Made by a program: the position numbers and the translations under genes
The notes under the pieces: generated by a model
The model's database searches: none
What the model was told of the DNA's origin: nothing
The model's input: the letters and a program-made list of their open reading frames with translations, nothing else
Source: Balanoglossus misakiensis
Lineage: Eukaryota > Animalia > Hemichordata
Direction: 5' to 3'
Assembly: GCA_040954595.2 (NCBI GenBank)
Contig: CM082585.2
Span: 8,325,404-8,389,403 of the forward strand
Length of the DNA stretch: 64,000 nucleotides
In this document: positions 24,557 to 38,200 of the stretch, in pieces
Numbering within the stretch: position 1 is the first letter of the stretch
Layout of the letters: the number at the start of each line of letters is the position of its first letter

Positions 24557-25077
24557 AGGACCGACATCACAAGTTCAATGTCAGATTAAAAAAAATTAAC
24601 ACTAAGTGCCCATGAATATCCCATTCCTCAAAACTTTATTTACTTTCATTGGACCTAACACAAGGCTTTACGACAATTGAATGAATGTATTATGGATTTT
24701 CCAAGAAGTCAAGCAACACTGGTAAAATAGTTAACATTTTCGTCCAGAAGAAGATTGCACCATCAAATGAAGATAGCAGCAAACTTTCTTTTCATCTGCA
24801 GAAATGGATGTAATAAACTGAAGTGTATTTTTTTATTTCAAACTTCCAGAAATGTAATATTTTTAAAAGTGATGTATCAGTACTGGCTGGTGTTAGTCCC
24901 AATGAACTGTGGGTAAAAACAGAAAACCAAAATACATATTTATGCTTGAATAGCTCTGGATTGCCCTTATATTAAGCTGATATTGATGGATCTAATTTTT
25001 TGGAGCATAACACCCTGTTCCTATCCTGAAACCAAAGAAATTATTTTATCTGACATTGAGCTTTTGGAGTCAATCCT
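24557..25077. mobile_element. Decayed non-autonomous DNA transposon with ~34-bp imperfect terminal inverted repeats
   Basis: Left end AGGACCGACATCACAAGTTCAATGTCAGATTAAA versus reverse complement of the right end AGGATTGACTCCAAAAGCTCAATGTCAGATAAAA (about 27/34 identical). AT-rich interior with no ORF. Confidence 0.55.
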
Positions 25078-28000
25078 TAGTAAGTTGAGTGACTGAGCAT
25101 GTTTATTTTATACCGTTTACGTTTTTATTTGCCACTCGCCCTTATTTCCTTTCATGATATTTATTTTCAATAATATATATTTTTTGAAAACCCTAAGCTG
25201 GTGTTGCTAATGTCAGCCAGCAGTGTGAGTGGGAACTTGTCTCTGTGTGAATGTGTGGACAGCATTTAGCGTTTATAATCCTTGCGTGAACCACCTACTA
25301 TATTCTCTCGCGGAACTTGGTCGCTCGCAGCAGTGAGTTTTAAAATTCAGTGGACAACCATAGCAGCAGTTATAAGAGAGGGTTATTTACATGCTGTATA
25401 CAACCACCCGGGGGCGCTGTTCGACAATCTAACGAATCGACACAGCGAGTCCACGTGTTACGCCAAGACCTGTTTTTTGGACCATCATGCTGCCCGGACA
25501 GGAGACATAATCCTTCTGTGGAATACAGTACATTCTCTCGAGCCAGAGTTTTATGTCCACGATACATGGTGCTATGCGAGAAAGAAGCTGTGATGTATTA
25601 TGTCAGTGGCATATGCGACACTGGAATTGTTTCACAAAGTGTCATCAGTACCGCTTTCTACTGTCTATCATAAGCATAATGCACGAACTGTGCTGTATCT
25701 TGAATAGTCACCATTGCTTGTTGTACTGTGTTATGAGACACCCTTTCTGATTGGATCCCTTGAAATTCGGCAAAGGGCGCCGGCCTACCAACATTACCTG
25801 GCCGTGTGTTGTACTGGAAGGAAAGATATGCACATTGTGTTCACAATTGGTGATGTCTAGTCTGAGTCAATTCTGTACCCATTATTCTGTACCGATCTCC
25901 AAATTACATGTAGTACTGCGCCCTCTACAGTTGATATGTTGCCTGACCGCACGCTCAGCTTATTAACGTGTGCACTGTAAATAACAGAAAAGATATCAAG
26001 GCGAAATATGAAGTTAGGGAAGCAAATATGTTCAGAATAAAAAAATACAGGATACAGCATGCTAGCTTGATTTCTGAATGTTGGCGTTGATAAACTATAT
26101 ATGGTACACCGATCAGAATGACGTGTCATTGCAGGTCGGATGAGAGGGATCTCCTCATGTGTATTTTCATGAAAATTTACTGGTACTGTTACTATTTTGA
26201 TAGATCAAAGCCTTACTTTGCCTTAATCCTCGATTTCTACGGTGATAATAGATGGGACCCATTCAGTGTGAAGAGGAGACCATACGTTGGCTCACGAATC
26301 ATTTATTACAAATGTATTAATGCGGACCGGCAGGTTTTACGGATTGACGCCACACATTTGCAAACTCCGCACAATTATTTCTGTATTGCTGTGGTTCGAA
26401 TTTGGATCGTTATCTATCTATCTCCAGCTGTAGAAGTGAAATATGATGACGAAGTATCTGATCTGAGAAGTGTCACTATTACAACAGCGCATGCGTTCTC
26501 AGTTTACCAGCAAAATAAAGGGGTGTGGCTAGAGCTATATCGATAACCAGAGGCAATATAATAATCGTGTTTCAGCAAGAAGAAAAAATGTGGTTCTTTT
26601 CACTTAAACAAAAATAACCCCCAAAAATCTTAAAATTTTATATAGGCTCAGCGGCTAATCATTTTTAGTTTTGGCTATTTTTAGAACTTTTCCTTTGTTA
26701 TCTATGTGTGTGCGAACACTGCTCTAATTTGAAATTTATATTATTGAAATACATCAAACTGCATAGCAGCTTTGCGTGAATTTATCATAAAAATAACCTC
26801 GATAAATCAGTTATCTTTATGCCAGAATGTGTCTTCATTAATTCATGCCACTAAATATACCCACTGACTCTAAATGTCTCGTGGGAACGTATCCCGAGTT
26901 TTTCATAACAGTTGCCACAAAAGGAGACTCCATGGAAAGCGCGCGCCTCTGGCATTAACTTCTTCCTGGAAACAGCGAAATCAGAGCGTGCTTCCTTCGC
27001 AACGTACTGTTTCCACTAATCAGCTTCAATCAATTGAAGCGTTGTCGCAGAGAATTTTTGATTGGCGATAAAAATAGCGCGTCGGCTCTGCAGTTGTCCA
27101 ACACTGCGTAAGTGAGTATAGTCGGCGTTAATAGACGGTTTGGAAAGTTATAAAATCATGCGCATGGTGTTTTAAATTGCGGGTTGTTAGGGGATTTTTT
27201 ACCAAAAATGGATGGATAGGTATTTTGTTGCGACATACTTCACTTTTTGCCCCACAATTATATTTTGCCTGATGTTACCAGTAATTGTAAATGAACTCGA
27301 TATATGTCTCATTAGGTATATATTGTCCATTTAAACTGTTCTTTGTACACATTGCAGCTGTCAAAAAGATGAATGGAGTTTAATTATTCACCACTTAATT
27401 ACTACCGTGTATTATTACCAATGCCAGGTTGATTTTGCATTTATTGTTAGTTTACATCACAAACAAACCACTCTGATAATTAGGCCTATGCTGTCACCTA
27501 TTAATGCTAATATTAACTGTGACTGAGAGACAAAACGTGGTAATTTTGAAAACATAGTTTTGGCATCGGTGATGAAATTGTAATGCAAATGATTCAATCA
27601 AAGGGACTTAAATCAACCCGACCAACGTCATAATTTCTTCATCCCAAATTCACTTCATTATACCGTCGCCTCAATTGATATTCCCGGCTGGTTCCTTTGC
27701 GATGACAGCCCCGAGTCAGAGTCAAGCGTTTCTGGGCGAGCACTCGTGACAGATTGCGTCACTCGAAACGTCACAACTTCCCGTGCGTCAGAGAACAACA
27801 ATTTGGCGTCACTCGAGAACGAAACATGTATACCATGTATAGTGATTTTGCGCCTGAGAAACAGCAACGTAGTAACCGCTGCCAGGTTATAAACGACCCG
27901 GGGCGGGCGAATAATGATGTGTCAGTATTAATCCTCGAAGGAGTTACATTCTTTTCCCAATCAAAACCTCTCGTAAATATTATCCCATGGTATTATTCAT

Positions 28001-31000
28001 AGTTTTTTATGTCCAAACAAGGTAATATTGGTAATTGCGAAAGCTTTTGCTGCTGCCTGTAAATTACAGACAGATTCTTCCATCTGTATTGTACAAGTGA
28101 CTGCAAGAGAAGTCCTAAAGTTTAACGCTCTTTTATCATTAATGCAGCATCGATGGTCTGTCACGTGGTCCAAATTGGCCAATGAATGCCTCTTAAACGT
28201 GTGCTCTCATACTCTCTTCATAATTGCATCCACACACAGTAGGGCGCATATACATCATTCCAAAATGTCCACATTTACGCATGGGTGCCGTAAATTGAAT
28301 ATTGTTTCCTAGTGTACATTTAATAATTCAATTGAATACTGTTTGATCAACGTTCGCCGTGTCACACTTCACTGATATACGGCCATGCTCCGCATCTGAT
28401 AAACAAAAAGGTGTTTTATTTTAATCGCCATGTCCTTCGAAGAATGACAGCCAAACAGGGTTTCATTCCCCACCGGGAATATGAATATTCTGGAAAATCT
28501 CTCTAGACGGAAATGTTTCGTTCAAGGACAAAACTTGAATGCTATGCCTTAGTTCACCTGTGCACATCATGAAGACCTGGTCCCAAGTGGTATTAAGCTA
28601 CCCAAGGGGGCTTAAATGAATATTTTCTCCATATTACGACTCTTATAAAATTGTCATTCTAATCATGTACTATAAAAACACGGCCATTGACTTTCTGTGA
28701 ATGGAAGACTATTCTTGTCGACTATAAGCAATATAACAGCTCGCGAGACGATTTAACACTCACCCGACCTTTGATGATAAGGGTGACCCGGAACTTACGC
28801 GATATGGTGCCAACCTGCCCACCAAGCTGTAAAGATTACCGTCTAACCCGCACATTCTGTCAAGATACTGACCTGAATGTGAAATGCGATTTATTGCTCC
28901 TGGCAGAAGAAACTTCAAAGGGGAGATTAAAATTAAATTAATTGGAAATAAGGTAATAATCTTAGAATACAAATAAAGCGAGTCCTTTCATGTTTTTCAT
29001 AACCCTCGTTTATATCCAATGTTTGTCGACCGCTAAAATAAACCAAACCTCGTTTAATTTAGCCCAGGAAACTGCTTAGTTTTCAACAGCAGGCATTTAT
29101 GCTATTGTAGTCGGAATGATCGATATAGTATTTAATTGACATTTCAATGTATATTTTAAAACAATCGACGCCATTTACTTTCAATTGGTTAATATAGCTG
29201 GCTGTTCTGTAGAAAAACCTGGCAAGATATAATACACAATATTATAGAAAATAGTTTCAAACCAGTAACTTTTTAAAGGACGCACTACCCGGCGAAAAAT
29301 CAAAGCCTCGGGTGCTACGTTGAAATTAAAAAGACAGATGGTGCACGAAAATAATTCGGAGTAAAAAAAACAACAATAATCATTTTAGTTAGTTTCGTGG
29401 TGTAGTGTATGGGAAACATCAAGATCTACTTTTGTCGTGTAATCACTTTAACAGTTTGATTTTTTTTCGTTTTCCGCCGAAATTCTTCCCACACGTAAAC
29501 AACTCGTGATAGCGAAAAGTCAACTCTGCCCCGTCTCATGAAAAATTATCAAAAATACCCAATAAAACGTACAAATGGGAAATATTTCTTATCCCAAGTT
29601 GTCTTAGGTCCAGTGAACAAGCTGTGTCCACGGAGAGCTGAGGAAACTCACCGCGGCCGCGAGCTTTCAACTCTCAGAACTCCCGAGAATGATATCGATG
29701 GAAAACTTGCTCAGGCACAACCGACATTTGAAAACGTCTCATCAAAAATTAATGCAAAATGTTGATATAAGTGCTTTGAGAAGTAATCTATCGAATGGTG
29801 ATTAGCAAACAAATTTGATTGCCTGAATGAAACCAACCCCCGGATCATATTAAAAATGCATGTAGCCCTGTAAAAATGTAATTATGAAAACTTCACAAAC
29901 TCTAACATTTCCTTTCTCGATGCTCATTTCTTTCCGAAAATTACGTGATTTACAGAGCATTTTTACACTTTCCCCATTTCTTGTTGGAGTCGTCGATTTT
30001 CCTGAAAATGAGACTAAAAAATCTATTCCGCCCATCACGTTTTGTACATAACTCTACACGTTGAGTTTGCACAGAGAAATACTCGAAACATTTTTAGAGA
30101 ACAATCAATTTTACTTTCCTCTTGGGATATTTCATCTTCACTTCACGCGTTACCACCGAAACACCATGCTTTGCCTAGGTGATCGCCAGGAGTGGGGATT
30201 TTTTACGACCTATAGGGATGTCTGCTGGGCTGATTGTATGACTTTAATCAAAATTCACGGCATGAATTTTGGTTTGTTATCTTTCGATACCGTGTCTGTG
30301 TACACGCCACAGCAGTCTTTCCCCGATCGACAGGTACCCAGCACATCGTTGGAACTTTGCTGATTCTGCTATAATTATTTTACATCAATCGTGTGTCAAA
30401 ACGTCATTTTATTCCGTGCTGCAAGAAATCTCCATTTCCCGCCAATCTCATTCGTGTCAAGTTACCCAGGCAACAAGAGGTTTCGTTTGAACATCTTTGC
30501 TGCTAGTTCCGCTCTACACTAGTGAATAACACCAAAAACTAGTTGTTTTTGCGACCCGCACGGTTGGTACCAGTATCTTGATAGTGTTAGTAAAAATGAG
30601 GTCGTTGCTCTTGTATTTCGAGTGGAGGATAATTCTTTAGCAAAATTATATTCGAGTGTGTTTGACTAATGACATTGTTCACAAAATACTATTAACAACG
30701 AAACCCTGAGTAACTGATATTCATTAATTTTAAACATGGTACACGTGCGAGTTTATAGAACACTATATTGCCATGGTGCTGTGTTCAGAAGGATAGTTGA
30801 ATATATTGCCGCGCCACACCGAATATACTTAATTTGCGTGGAACACATAGTTAATATTCCAATAAAACCGCTTGCGTAACAACTTCCTTTTGCTGCCATA
30901 AATTATGCCGTATCATGAATATGCGTGTTTAGATAATAACTATCGCTGGATATGTGACTAAATATTAATTTGCTTTTACGTCCACCAATTTTCCCAAATA

Positions 31001-32055
31001 GTAACAATTCTAACCAATTCGAGACACGCAGTAGGAGGTTTAACATTCTTAATTAGAATGAGTGAAAAGTAGTAATATTCTTTTACAGTGTTGTAATTAA
31101 AATGCTCTTTTTGAAAAGATTTATTCATGCTGAAAATGCAGTCGGTATTGTGAGCAAAGTTTACGTTTTGCACTCAGTACTGCTTTTACCTGACGAACAA
31201 TAATCGGGTCAAGATTTGTAAAAGAGATAAAATGTAGATATCACTATATTAAATGCCGCGACATTCAGTTGTAACTCGAAATGAGTCCGTCACTTCCGTC
31301 GCCCTTAGCCAATACTTGAGATTGAACGACAGGAGGTCCTCAAGTTGTTTCTCCGTGTTTTCAAAACCATTGTTTGGAGAGACGGGGAGGCGGGAAGACA
31401 GACAGACACACACACAAACAGAGACAGAAGTCAGACACGGAGAGACTGAGTAGTGGACAGCTATCAATGAAGTGACTATTGAAAATGGTTTATAGATTGT
31501 TGATTAATTCAATAAGGCATTGATTGATTAATTGATAGATTGATTGATTGATTGATTAGCCAGGTTGGTTGTTTGCTAGGTGGTGTATCTGTCCATCGGC
31601 TTGGTGTTGGCTTTATTGACGGTGGGCTGACTTGTTCTGTTGGTTTGTTGGTTGTTTGGCTGGACATACGTATTATCGTGATAGGTTGATAAGTGAAGTG
31701 ACTGACCCTCAATAGTTCGATAATTTTTGAATGAAAAGCAAGGTAAACGAGTATGGATTGCTCGATTAATGGTCAATTCATTATACGATATTGCTTAACA
31801 GATACACTGTTTTTAACATGACTCCTTTTTAATTGGATTACATTACTGAACCTCGAAAGATGCTATAAAATTCTACCATTTCTACCTGCTCGAGTTATTT
31901 TTGACTGCATTACGACACAGGGATGTGATTATGCTGTTTTTAGAAAACGATGATGTAGAAACGTCAGCTTAGGGGAGCCGTTCGCGATTTTCACAACTTT
32001 GCCCAGTCACGTGCCTGTCGTCAACATGTGTTTAGAAACGGGGAGCAGGAATGAA

Positions 32056-32063
32056 TATATAAA
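32056..32063 (+). promoter_or_regulatory. TATA box of the sulfotransferase gene
   Basis: TATATAAA about 170 bp upstream of a Kozak ATG (gccATGG, 32230), with an E-box GTCACGTG at 32006 and an Inr-like CCACTCA about 25 bp downstream. Confidence 0.55.
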
Positions 32064-32229
32064 CGCGCTGCGCCTGCAGTGGCCACTCATCAGGTCCGTC
32101 TACTCGCGGTGAACCGCAGCAAAACCCGTGATGCGTTCAACATCCACGAGCAGCTGACGGTTCATCTTCGCCCGTAACCGAGTCTGACTGACGGACAGTG
32201 AGAGCAGGAGACCGGCTTCATCCATCGCC

Positions 32230-35200
32230 ATGGGCGCGAACGGATTCCTGGAGAGCACATCCCCGTCCAGTACCAGATGGAAAATTCTAATCGCTCTCCT
32301 GTGCGTCCTGGTTTTAGGGCTGTACACTTTTCTGCCGCAGAATCCCGGAAACGATCAGCAATCTCCGCAAGTAATCAGGTGTGTAATTTTGACGGCATTC
32401 GGTTAAAAACATAACCCCAGACGTCAGAAAAAAAAAACATATTATCGTATTTGGGTCGCTGGAAAGAAATGACACATAGCGTACTTGGATAGCTGGCTAC
32501 GTTTCCATGATATTTATCGAGATAAAAAACGTACACTTTTGTAAATTATGAACATACTTTTTTTTGCTCTCATGAAACGCGTAATCTATTATATCAGCCG
32601 TGTTTGCAATCTATACATCTCGAATTCAATGCTTGTTGACGAGTCGCAGAGACTGATATATTGGCACGCACGAAAGCGAATGCTGTTCACGTTCTTTCAG
32701 TTTGTCACGAGGACGCTCTTGTTGTCTGCTGACGCCCCGTCGTCACTGCCGTCCACGGCGTTCCAGAAAAGACGGTCGCCTCAGCAAAATGTGATTAGCA
32801 GCCGGTTAATCACCCGCGACGAACGAAATTTATGTGAGCATTTCCAGCTCTTGAAGTAGTGGTAGGGCACACAGTGCAATTGCACGATTACTTTTGAAGG
32901 GTGGGCGCATCAATTTAAACATCTTGACATGACAGGTAGTGTTTTATCTCGCGTTTGTACCCACCCACGAATTAAACAAATTACATGCCCGTTGAAAAAC
33001 AAAACCCTTCTGTTATTTTGCCCAAAAAAACGTGTGGCAGCCGACTGATCAATGTTAGCGTTCTACTAAGCCCGGCGTATTCAGTCATTTCTGTAATTTA
33101 AATATTGAGCGTTACGCGAATGACATCAGCTGGGAGAATAAAACTTGCAATTCATATCAATTTTCAATGATGTGGTCACATTTTAAAGTGCAGATGTTGT
33201 GTTTTATTGTTCATTTATAGAAAGTAAATAGGCGACCCTCGTATCTCTCTTGTAGTCACATATGCGACAATTGTGCTGTTCTCAACATTAACAGAAAGGC
33301 CTTGGTTTGGAACTTTTCATTATTCGTATCATTTTATTGTGTGTATTTTTTCTCAAAATATCAGAGGCTTCACTGAACAGAGTTGTGCCAATATACGGGT
33401 AGAAGAATGCTTATATTTAGTCCTATGTACCTATGATGTACGGGCAGTTCGCTTTTTTTACTCATTTATGCGGATTGGGTGGCCCACATATCCTCGATAC
33501 CGCGCCAGTTTGAAGTCTCTTCGCTTGACGGTTGCTGTCTGTTAATTTTATTGATAGTTAGTTACTGGGGAATTGAATTCTTGTCAGAATTATTCCTAAT
33601 AACCAAGCTTAAGTGATGAATTTTACGTCCGATGATGATGATTAATTTATGCATGCTTCGGAATTAACACTTGTATGCCGAAAGCCATATAATTGAAAAT
33701 TGAAAATACTAGTATACTGTATGTATGTGCGCAGACGCAGTGGAAATATATGCACTTGTTATACAAATTCGCGTTTAGCGTGCGTAAAGTGTTTTCACTC
33801 TCGCAAATGGAGGATATCTTGATGATCATACTATTTTCCACAGAGTAAATAACAGTAATTTCGCAACGACTAAGTAGTCTAACCCCTATACAGAAAATAC
33901 TAAGCAAATAGTCTTTCTGTATCATAATGACCCCTAACCCATCGCGATACATTGTTACGTCAAGGCATCGTCACGGTCGGATGACCATCCCGTCAGAATT
34001 CTCTGAAATTTACAACGCTGAACAGAAAATGAATATTTCTCCCGGAAGGGGCCCAGTACTGGTAGTTTGTGTTAGATAGAGTAATGCTGCACCTGACGCT
34101 GTGCTTTATACTGCTGTTCCAAAAATACGGAATTGAACCGGTAGAGGGATGTCGCGTGACTATATCACGTGAACGAGATACATGTATGTCGTTCGTCGTC
34201 TTATGACCTGAAAGCACCATTTCCCAGGTTCTGATTTTCCATCATTAATCGCGATTCAAGGGGCGCCATTATATAATCTGCGATTTCATTGATACCGTTT
34301 ACGAAAACCTTCGAGTTACAGAGGTAGCTGGAATACGCCCCTGTGATTGAAAAGTTATTCACGATTGAAAAATCAATAATCCCGTTGCGTAGGAAACGAC
34401 CCCGAATATTGTAAAAATGTGTAATGAACTTTACTGTCTCAAAAATGTTGACAGTTAATGAAAATGATATTGACATGGGACAAGCTCTACCTAGCAACTA
34501 CCTAACATCGCTATTGAAATTCAACTATTTAGCTTTATACAAGGTTGGAATCAGTTTTAGTACAATGTGTATCATCTTCTCAGCTAATTTTCAACATGCC
34601 ATAAGGAAGTTTCAGGGACTTTGACATTTTCCATGAAAGTCCTTCCCAGGCCTAGGGACAATCCTTACTCAAGTATTGAACACTTTAGGTTTTTGAACTT
34701 TTCCCGAAAACTGTATCCTCAAGGGAAGAACAGCCTTACACTGGGCAAAGCACTCTCTAAATTCAACAGAACGAGTATATTAGCTGTTACTAGCTTTCCT
34801 CTTAACCGGTCTAATTAATCAGATCCCCATATTACATTCACGAATATTAATGGTTAACGTTGAGGATTGATTGCGTTCATCTCAGTCGTCAACGGTGCAG
34901 AGTGTAGCGATGCATTGCAGACTTGAGACTCATTAGTAAAGTTCGTCTTCGCACGACTGTATGGGTCGCAGTTGTAAATTACTTTGAAAAATGAGGTTCG
35001 AAAACTTACAGTAAACAGTAGCAGTAAACGTCCTCCATATCCCCAAGTGTAATAGTTGAATACACATGCAGGGAAAATAGCTCTTGAAAATCGTCTTTCA
35101 CTGTGTTTCAACGAAAACATATATCATGCTGCGTGATAATCTAAATTCTCAATAACCGTATTGTTATTTAAGAGAACTTGCCCAGTAGAATTCCTCGGTA

Positions 35201-38200
35201 GGCTGCAAATTTGCCAAATCATAAGAACTGGAAACAAGGTTGGTGTAAATTCACCCGACGACATAATCGACGGGTGTTCTCGCCCCATAAATGTTGGATA
35301 TATTATCGTAAACATACGACCATAATGTATGGCATACTGTCGTACAATACGTTCGCGTATACTAGTGCATTGTTACGCGGACTTCTGCTAATGGAATGTT
35401 CTATTTTGGCAAGCTCGATGCCTGTTCATTTACATAGTTTTGTAACAATTTCACTCTGTCTACTTTGATTCATAGCACGACTCTTTTTAGGATGGACCTA
35501 ATGCGTGGCACACTACTACCCTCGTATTTTGTAAACAACGCGTTAATATTTGTGTTTCTCGCTGACGTGTATGTCGCTTATTCGAGTTAACAAATTTCGA
35601 GGCTTTGGGTCCATAGGGCGAACGTCATGATACAAAAATGTACAGATAAATAAAAATGTCGACACGCAGACTCGGAGAATAAATGCGTTTAGGGATTCTT
35701 TCAGTATGGGCAGCCAAGCGTTACTTTTAAATAATTTATAGGTCTGCAAAATTTTAAAAACATATAGCCAGGTGGTGACTCCTCGTCAAAGTTAACTTGA
35801 TCGATAGATCAGATCGCGCCCTTTGACGCATGGTGCAGGATCACGTGACCAGAACTGTCAGGGGCGATTTACCTTGTTTCTGGTGTCGGCTTCCGCTTGA
35901 CCCGCGGTGACGCGTCCGACTCGGCTAGCTGCCGATCGACATTTTTCGCATAGAAACGGCATTTTGAGATCACACAGCTAGAGTCACTCTTTAAACTGGT
36001 CTCCTTCCACGCTGCCATCAATTATTAAACGGCGGAACATGCGTACATTTTTACACACCTCGTTTTGCGAAGCATTCCCTCAGGGCGTGGGTTTACATCG
36101 CCGTGGGGGACGGCTCGAGGTAATTGAAAAATATGATCGTTTCTTATGAAAACGTCCTAATGTAGTCGACAGCTTGCATCGGTGTTCATGTAGTGATAGA
36201 GCCAATTAAAAGTGCAATTTGTCGAATGACATTCTTGCACAAGTATTTAACGCTTGGTTTGCGTGTCTGAAAGCTTTGACCTTTTAAGGGCATGGGTTAT
36301 ATCATTCAAGCACGTATAATTGTACACCTGTTAGAAGGGGGGAATTCTTGACAAAAAGAACTGACCAATCAATACAAACCTTACAAGACCGTTACACATT
36401 GCCTGAAAATGACAGGCGTGGATAGCAGGTGTGAATCGCGGCCGTCATTTCAGTGTGGTGGCTATGTACCTGTTTTGAGCAAGGGTCGATCTGTCAAACG
36501 GAACATCATTGCTGCGATCTCTGATATGGACAGAGGCTCACAGCACATTACAGGTTATCACACGTCCTCGGACCCGCATTCATGGTTTCTGCAGTGAATT
36601 TTAATCCAGATCACGTTTTCTCTCGAATTGCCCACAGCTCAGCCCACGATACGAAAGCCAACAAAACATATCTCTAATTCCCCTCTACAGAATATTTCCA
36701 TTTGTCGGAAACAGACTTTAGCTTATCAACCATTCCGGATGTGGATATGAAGGTGTTTAGTAAAGTTGCTATGTTACATCGAAGACGAACATGGGTTGAA
36801 ACCGAACTGCACTTTACATTGCTCTTACATAAGATTTTGAAATGAAAGACATTCAAGTATACTGCCTAGATACATGTAAATATGTCTTAAGCTCACATTT
36901 GTGAATTACGTGCGATACTCTTTTGTGAAAATGCATGGTTTGTGGGAGTTCCATCAGGTAAGAAGTGAGGGAAAAGGTGCGGGTATTTCCGGGGGGCTAC
37001 ATTTAGCGCGATTTGATTAACAACCGGCGGAAAAGTTCACTTTAGTGCAGGTTTATTATTAGAAATATTTATCGGAATCAATTGTAGGTAATAACAAAGA
37101 CATAACTGTTACTGGTGCCTATTAACTATAACCCCTCGACGGCCTTGTGAAACCTTTGCAACGAAAAAGAGATATATCGTTGGATTATTTGACTTTGTCC
37201 GTTTTTTATGAAACTGCACGTCACAGACAATTGACTGAATTTATAATTATTTATATCCCAAGATCGCGTGGCATTGAGTCACTTGCCTTGTCAGGCTGTT
37301 TGTGTGTTCGTACCTTCACCCATGTTACTAAAATCGACGGTACATTCTTCTGATTGGCCCAAGCACAGTCCCTCTATCACGCAGATGGACTTTGGCGCAG
37401 GCCAGCTCCACAATGCATAGCGTTACCCAAGGGTGCCATGTTCAGACGACGCCCATAAATTTGATATAGCTATTAAACGAAAACTCGTATTCGTACTATG
37501 TAAGTCACATGTAAGCTACAATAAACAGGGTGCCTGTAGAGAAACTGTGGAAAACCAGAGCGAGTAGAGATTGCACTCAGAAAAAAACTCGTATTTTGAG
37601 CAGATGTTCACTTTTGTTAACACACGTGATCGATTGAGTCTAATATTGACACCCTGAATTAATGTTAACAAACCAAAACGAGGCTTCCGTTTTGTCCGAG
37701 ATTTTCTAAAAATGAAAATATGAAGTGTGTCAATATCCATGTAAATCACACCCGTTTACACTCGCATGTTTCTTTGTTCCCGGAATTGGATTCGCATATT
37801 TCAATTTGAAGTAACATCTGTGAATATTTGCCAGGAATCGGAACACTTGATTTTGTCGGTATGGTGTCAGCTCTTTTCCAAATCCAGGGTTTCTTGTTTG
37901 TTTAGTTCCTCAGCGAGATGTTCGGAAAATATTTACATGTCGTCTCGATATCGAAATCCCGCGCTTTTAGTCTGGCAATGGAGAGCACGTTAACAAACGG
38001 AGAGCACGATTGTAACCATGCTTTGTTCGTGCATGGTACCCAAGTACCATAACATGTCGTTTTCCCCCACACATCATGTTGCAATTTGGATTTGTTGAAC
38101 CGCCAGACTGTTTTAGCTCTGCCTCTCACTGGTTTCTAAGGCGATATCCAGATAAAATGACGACACTCGTCAGGCATATGACCTCTACTGCTGGAAAAAG

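Noticed and set aside
25282-31800. Many 60-140 aa ORFs in the IPO5 to sulfotransferase intergenic region
   Set aside because: No domains, coding bias or coherent splice structure; consistent with random ORFs.
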